The notes under the pieces: model-generated
Seen by the model: the letters and a program-made list of their open reading frames with translations, nothing else
Told to the model about the DNA's origin: nothing
Database searches by the model: none
Made by a program: the position numbers and the translations under genes
Shown: piece by piece, positions 16,501 through 19,287 of the stretch
How positions within the stretch are numbered: the first letter of the stretch is position 1
Layout: every line of letters starts with the position of its first letter
Source: an archaeon
GTDB lineage: Archaea > Asgardarchaeota > Thorarchaeia > Thorarchaeales > Thorarchaeaceae
Length of the DNA stretch: 19,287 nt
NCBI GenBank assembly: GCA_024276825.1
Contig: JAJRWI010000019.1
Location: 1 to 19,287 of the forward strand
Reading direction: 5' to 3'

Positions 16501-19287
16501 TATAATGTCTTGATAGTACAAGACTATTACTATCGATGAGTTGTAAGGAACAGCATCAATTGGTTCGGATGATAGCAGTGTAGTTCGATATCTGATGTTG
16601 AATGTCCGTGTAGCTGTGTCAGTGGGCATGTAGAACAGCCCAGTGGTGATCTCAACTGTGACGGGATAATAGCCAGGCTGTGGCTTGTAAGTGGTGTTAA
16701 GCGTTATGCTATACTCACCGTTTCCAATCTCAGTGACTAAATAGTAAATTGCAGGAATTGGGGATCCGCCATCATAAAGTGTGAGGGTTGCGCCTTCGAT
16801 TCCTCTAGAGGATGCACCTGCAATATCATTCCAGAACACAGAGAAAGTCACATTGTCCATGTATTGAGTTGGAGCTGGTGACTGATAGTCCAGAGTGGTC
16901 TGACGTGTTGTCACTGTGATTGTGATTGTACGACCTGTTTGGTTGGCATAGAATGGAGCACCTGCCCAAGTGACATTTAGAATGAAGACTTTCTGTCCAA
17001 CTGGAGCTCCAAACTGAGAGGTGTTGAATGATACAGTGAATAGTTTAGTTGGATCATTATATGTGATTGTGTAAGTAGTTAGATTAAGTGTGATTGTCAT
17101 TGAACTAGAGTTAGCTATGGGAACGTTTGAAGATCCAGTCACATCATCATAAGTGAAGGAAAAGGTAGCAATCTCGCCCCATGCAGTCTGTGTGGGGGGG
17201 TCTATTGACACCAGTGTGTCGCGCGGTAATATCCTGACTGACACTGTTTCGGTCCGATTGGTGTAGTAGGGTTCTGCGGTACGCGACCAGTTCACAAATA
17301 TTCTCATGTATATCAGGCCAGTCTTTCCGAACAATGTTGTATTGAACTCAATTGAATACTTGCCCCTGTCATTGATAGAATCAAGTTCAGTAATGTTGAC
17401 TTGGGTCAAGTCAACGGTTTCACCCACAAACTCCACACGGATAAACACGTTCCCTGTTGAGTTGTTGATTCCAGTACCATTTGATGCAGCGTAAAATATC
17501 ACATAAGTCATGTTCTCAAGATACGGCGTTGGTTCAGCAGATGTGTATAATGAGAGGGTAGCAGACTCCCCCACGATGTTCACCGTTGTTGTTAGGGTCT
17601 TGTTTTCATAGGTAGCAACGGGACCGGTCCAGTTGAAGTATATGGTGAAAGTCTGGAGACCCACACCAAATTGATTCGCGGGTACAGTGATAATATAGTA
17701 GCCGCCACCACGAACAGTGTCATTATCAAGATATGATATCACATTCAGGGTTCCATTCCAGACCCTGTGATAGACATACATTGACGCGATGCCTTCTCCT
17801 GAGTCAATATCGCCATAGAAGACATTGATGGTGATGTTGTCATTGTAGCTTGTCGGCTCGACTGCAGTGACCAGTCTGAAATCGGTATAATGTGTTCGTA
17901 TTGTTACAGAGATCGAGAATGTTCCGTTCTGATAGTTTGCCTTGTAGAATGTAAAGTTTACACGAAGGTTTTGAACTAGTGTGTCGTCAATCTCTGTTGG
18001 GAATGTGATTCTATACCTCTGATTGGCAGACTCGTAGACCACAGTGATTGGGTGTATCCAGTCACAATCCACGCTTGCACTTTCAACAGGCAGGTCGTGA
18101 TCGGTGTCCCAGTAATCAACATAAAAAACAGGATCATCGCCGACTGGGATGTCCAGTGCACCAACTGTTGGAATTGCATAGGTGTAAGCATCACGAATAA
18201 TGACCTTGAAAGAGAGTGTTTGCGGCGCATAACCGGACTTGTCAGCAGTCAAATTATAGAGATGCTCGCCTTTTGCAAGCCCTGTGACATTAATTGTGAC
18301 TTCGTAGACACCATTGCCCTTGTCAAGTACTGAAGCAATGATTATTCCTTCGGCTGTTATCGTGGCACCAGCAATTCCCTGCGCTCTGTCAATATCCGTA
18401 TAATTCAGAGTCACAACAAAGTTGGTTTCGTAAGGAGTTGTCACAGACCTGTCTGGTGAGGACAGCTCGCTACGAGCAGGCTGATATCTAAATGTGATAG
18501 ACATCTGTGTTTCAGCGTATCGACTGTCAGTTGGAGTAATAGTGAGAATGATTGTGTATGTTCCCTCGGGGAAGTAAGAGGCATCAAGTGTAAAGTTGTA
18601 TCGACCATTCCCAAGATTATAGAACTCCTTTATTGGGTAAGTGTAGGTGGAGTTCTGCACTGTGAATTCAGCCTGAATTAAAGCAGTCAGAGGATCACCA
18701 TAGTACTGCCCAGGCTCACTCACATTAACACGAACAACTATCTTGAAATCAGCGCCTGTTGGAAATATGAGGTCATTTGGTTCGTTTGCTACAACGGTTG
18801 TCAGACTGCGAATTGTGATAGTGAACTGGTAATTGGCAGGATTATCATAATTTCCTTTCATTACAACAGACAAAGTCACAGTTTCAATTCCAACAGACCA
18901 GGTTCGTGTATCAAGGTCAAATTGAAGGTCTATGGGATCAGTCTCACCCTGTGAGATGTATGTTGTTGGGGTGAATGTGAAACTTGATACATCCGACGCT
19001 GTCAACGTTGTTGATGTGTCAAGATCAGTGATGACAATTGTGAGTGGTGTGTAGTTCCCATAGGGCGTGACCATATCACCATTTACAGTTATTGATGTGT
19101 AGTGGTTTCTGATCTGAATGTCAAACTGGTAGTTGGACGGGTTGTCATAGTTTCCCGCCATCACAACTGACAGAGTCACGGTCTCGGTCCCTACTGCCCA
19201 TGTGCTCGTGTCGAGATCGAATATCAAGTCCGTGGGGGAGAGGTCACTCTGAGCACTATAGCTTGTTGGGGTGAATGTGAAGCTTGA
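10531..19287 (-). CDS. Giant single-pass surface protein with tandem Ig-like beta-sandwich repeats, one TM helix and a ~250-aa cytoplasmic domain; N-terminus lies outside the window
   Basis: The frame stays open beyond the track start at 19227 to the window edge (SSFTFTPTSYSAQSDLSPTDL). Recurrent ~100-115-aa units (R.T.L...P..TPY..N.TF...Y.D.D...GI.GA...G.G.Y.I..NT..L..G), many NxS/T sequons, TM AAISYGTPLSLLVLLIAVLWA at about 11281-11346, and a charged helical C-terminus. Confidence 0.92.
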   Translation of the reverse strand, partial: SSFTFTPTSYSAQSDLSPTDLIFDLDTSTWAVGTETVTLSVVMAGNYDNPSNYQFDIQIRNHYTSITVNGDMVTPYGNYTPLTIVITDLDTSTTLTASDVSSFTFTPTTYISQGETDPIDLQFDLDTRTWSVGIETVTLSVVMKGNYDNPANYQFTITIRSLTTVVANEPNDLIFPTGADFKIVVRVNVSEPGQYYGDPLTALIQAEFTVQNSTYTYPIKEFYNLGNGRYNFTLDASYFPEGTYTIILTITPTDSRYAETQMSITFRYQPARSELSSPDRSVTTPYETNFVVTLNYTDIDRAQGIAGATITAEGIIIASVLDKGNGVYEVTINVTGLAKGEHLYNLTADKSGYAPQTLSFKVIIRDAYTYAIPTVGALDIPVGDDPVFYVDYWDTDHDLPVESASVDCDWIHPITVVYESANQRYRITFPTEIDDTLVQNLRVNFTFYKANYQNGTFSISVTIRTHYTDFRLVTAVEPTSYNDNITINVFYGDIDSGEGIASMYVYHRVWNGTLNVISYLDNDTVRGGGYYIITVPANQFGVGLQTFTIYFNWTGPVATYENKTLTTTVNIVGESATLSLYTSAEPTPYLENMTYVIFYAASNGTGINNSTGNVFIRVEFVGETVDLTQVNITELDSINDRGKYSIEFNTTLFGKTGLIYMRIFVNWSRTAEPYYTNRTETVSVRILPRDTLVSIDPPTQTAWGEIATFSFTYDDVTGSSNVPIANSSSMTITLNLTTYTITYNDPTKLFTVSFNTSQFGAPVGQKVFILNVTWAGAPFYANQTGRTITITVTTRQTTLDYQSPAPTQYMDNVTFSVFWNDIAGASSRGIEGATLTLYDGGSPIPAIYYLVTEIGNGEYSITLNTTYKPQPGYYPVTVEITTGLFYMPTDTATRTFNIRYRTTLLSSEPIDAVPYNSSIVIVLYYQDIITLANIGNDTFDVTLEIMTPGNWIYTVEWRPSFGYYVLTVETYNQPGLQIGVNYDLQLNFSYADKSPFYYWDDLTVTYTLRHRASSLERTESPIPTPYLDYANFTVYYSDADSLSGIDGGQIYVYKAGTLLTLGSQYIYSAVGNGYYELSVNTTALDGLGVTIISVYANWTAGSPYHDNASISIDLTVIRRTTNVEIVTPPSRTSFLENVVFEVSFIDLGTGSTLSATKDLVSIYNGGTLIAPTDFTMTQVGTGYLYQIIINSTVITSTLITDRNITVHINWPDTPNYYRDDSTSTKVSIIARVTYVSSERPANTAYGEIAQFTFAFVDSTTTPESRIENSASLSITTNLTVSPTISYDSATRLFTLSFNTSQFGGIGLKAFYINVTWAGVPYYSNKTHQIIYITVTMRATQANFQAPAPTPFGDNVTFTVTYLDIAGSIEVGIPEGTLTLYYSGNPIPSNNYQITPGGDGTFVVELYSGYFATPGIYDINVTIVYTGTYYRSDATAVRPFNVRYRSTLLSSEPVGLIGYGTTMEIILYYQDVLTLDNIGNSSSTTFFSILNDTGTPWVYSITWQPAFQRYLLLVETNGQPLLLNENYTLYVNMSYVFQSPYYYWDVHYIQFSIRNRASSLDLQDAPIPTPYGENATFTLYYWDADENQGIAGATITLESSVPLTLNVDYYFTEGSAGIYYIYLESTAFTSLGTYNVKATAVWSSGAPYYNNAVRNVSVTVSQRDANIEIVSPATQPRYLDNLTFSFTFVDGVNGSLVTGITVSDITLYREGVPLNPGDFIMTEASSIFEVSINSTVLGATLVSNLNLTIVVDWNDLLAPYYTDDSTSLKVSTRGRSIFIEPKQIDTTPIRDNMTISFTLTDEDTGKPIENAIILFDCQTIPLEENVSYWLTRGTGSDAGNYTITVNTAALGTIGDFKFDLEVRWNPSLIPYYSNRSAITLTGSVDLIWANLQADAPQPSSVQVSGDVYVIVEYRDLDHNVGINGSTLLVTYLDTGVVPQGLTVTLIGDGRYNISFNTIDLTTFGNQALNITAVKSDYTTSTVTPSFTVVPINTVLTPAETSITLYWKESAYIIVSYENLLFENLTSGATVTWTYGTASGSFTEIGSSGQYHGYIDTSLADSGTRVVTITANKNKYTVAVTTVTLIVLALPSDINLLEPQSISEVPRGNPIDVSVNLIDNDSVLIDPTYVNWVVMTFQGVEYSLQLNATTNSWFGILPSVATATLEPGITYSARITANLRNYVPVSTIFKITLLATETSLHYAAPTEAKMEAYWGDILAFTLTFNETVSGIPITNATILWSYKSFGINYTFTVNPSTGLWSLSFNTSVLTYGTFGLTFYATPGDPNLAETVLTLTLTIRLIPTQVVSPNTLTVYWGWSGNVLFFYNDTHNIRGIKGADTIYSYSTYSGIAEDLGNGYYAVFVNTSLLSTRQYTLVISFTKDNFQVSNGGMQINIEPVPTSLSLITPEVNQVDSESDILQVPFGDSIMIRLFFNDTDSSDGYVGGLNGATNITAIWGGGLGSSKSLYGLIDLQNGTYYFIFDSTDIRLFEANDFIPQALPEDPFRMRLTLELIYRVSQTVEIEITVIERPTNFNFASPDVVDGRLLMHYGDTRDVLFLYTETWNLSAGVRISGAELIGTSEEEAIVILFNGSAGEDGLYKITVQAPAPLVPVGLTQNSVRVYISITLANYEGRTLELAITIIPTESQNTMGAAISYGTPLSLLVLLIAVLWAKHFSIPKRLRQINGQIRALNKGKVPKPISDVKSRSELLADLYNDTYAGMEITRTPDQMPEESVPVDVPEIGELLIQLAILTNLSREELDEFKADISKMKMSEQAAFVKEVIHQEAIRAARRDGKTIEEVLESVRAEALRRLAGETEAPIAEVGMVTPEEEAPILLTEEEIEPTHEVIEERAPEPEITEGKEPVSVTDKLSQYELEELRKDLIRKGVPAHEIDTIMEQAKDLPRELVEELIRSLGVDSEE
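13975..17230 (-). repeat. Tandem duplication of a five-domain block, about 542 aa (about 1.63 kb) period
   Basis: TAWGEIA (17181) and TAYGEIA (15555) are 1626 nt apart; the two DDSTS copies (15633, 14004) are 1629 nt apart. SFNTSQFG, NVTWAG, LLSSEP, YYWD, RASSL, PIPTPY and INSTV occur in the same order in both copies. Confidence 0.9.
18810..19287 (-). repeat. Tandem 100-aa (300-nt) high-similarity domain repeat
   Basis: SSFTFTPT...FDLDT.TW.VG.ETVTLSVVM.GNYDNP.NYQF.I.IR occurs twice, starting at 19287 and 18987. Confidence 0.9.

Noticed and set aside
10513-18333. Short ORFs overlapping the giant gene, and similar ones inside the other CDSs
   Set aside because: Alternate-frame or antisense by-products of long coding regions, without recognisable motifs or start signals.
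19225-19227. TTG start codon for the giant protein
   Set aside because: The frame stays open to the window edge, continues the repeat, and no signal peptide follows.
10531-19287. Diversity-generating retroelement TR/VR pair within the giant gene repeats
   Set aside because: Differences between copies are not adenine-specific and there is no reverse transcriptase in the window.

Overview
Archaeal chromosomal window. Gene content and style (HdrA-MvhD fusion, divergent Cdc6 and RadA paralogues, a giant glycosylated single-pass surface protein, TATA-type promoters) suggest an Asgard archaeon, probably Thorarchaeia; this is inference only. Left to right: (1) a truncated HdrA-MvhD fusion on the minus strand (1..2301), which the ORF track misses; (2) a double-anchored M28-fold protein with a degenerate active site and Ca-binding DxDxDG repeats; (3) a coupled HdrD/GlcF-like CCG Fe-S protein and GlcD/D-LDH-like FAD oxidoreductase; (4) a Cdc6/Orc1 paralogue with degenerate ATPase motifs; (5) a GcvH-like lipoyl carrier; (6) an AT-rich intergenic region with repeated motifs; (7) a small two-TM protein with a probable split PH-like fold; (8) a probably ATPase-dead RadA/Rad51 paralogue that keeps the FxxA filament motif and ends in a PIP-like box; (9) more than 2,900 aa of a giant Ig-like repeat protein with one TM helix and a ~250-aa cytoplasmic domain. 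The strongest candidate novelties are the RadA-PCNA adaptor-like protein (with its neighbouring degenerate Cdc6 and ORB-like sites), the receptor-like giant protein, and a possible lipoyl-coupled Hdr redox module. No RNA genes, CRISPR arrays or transposases were recognised.
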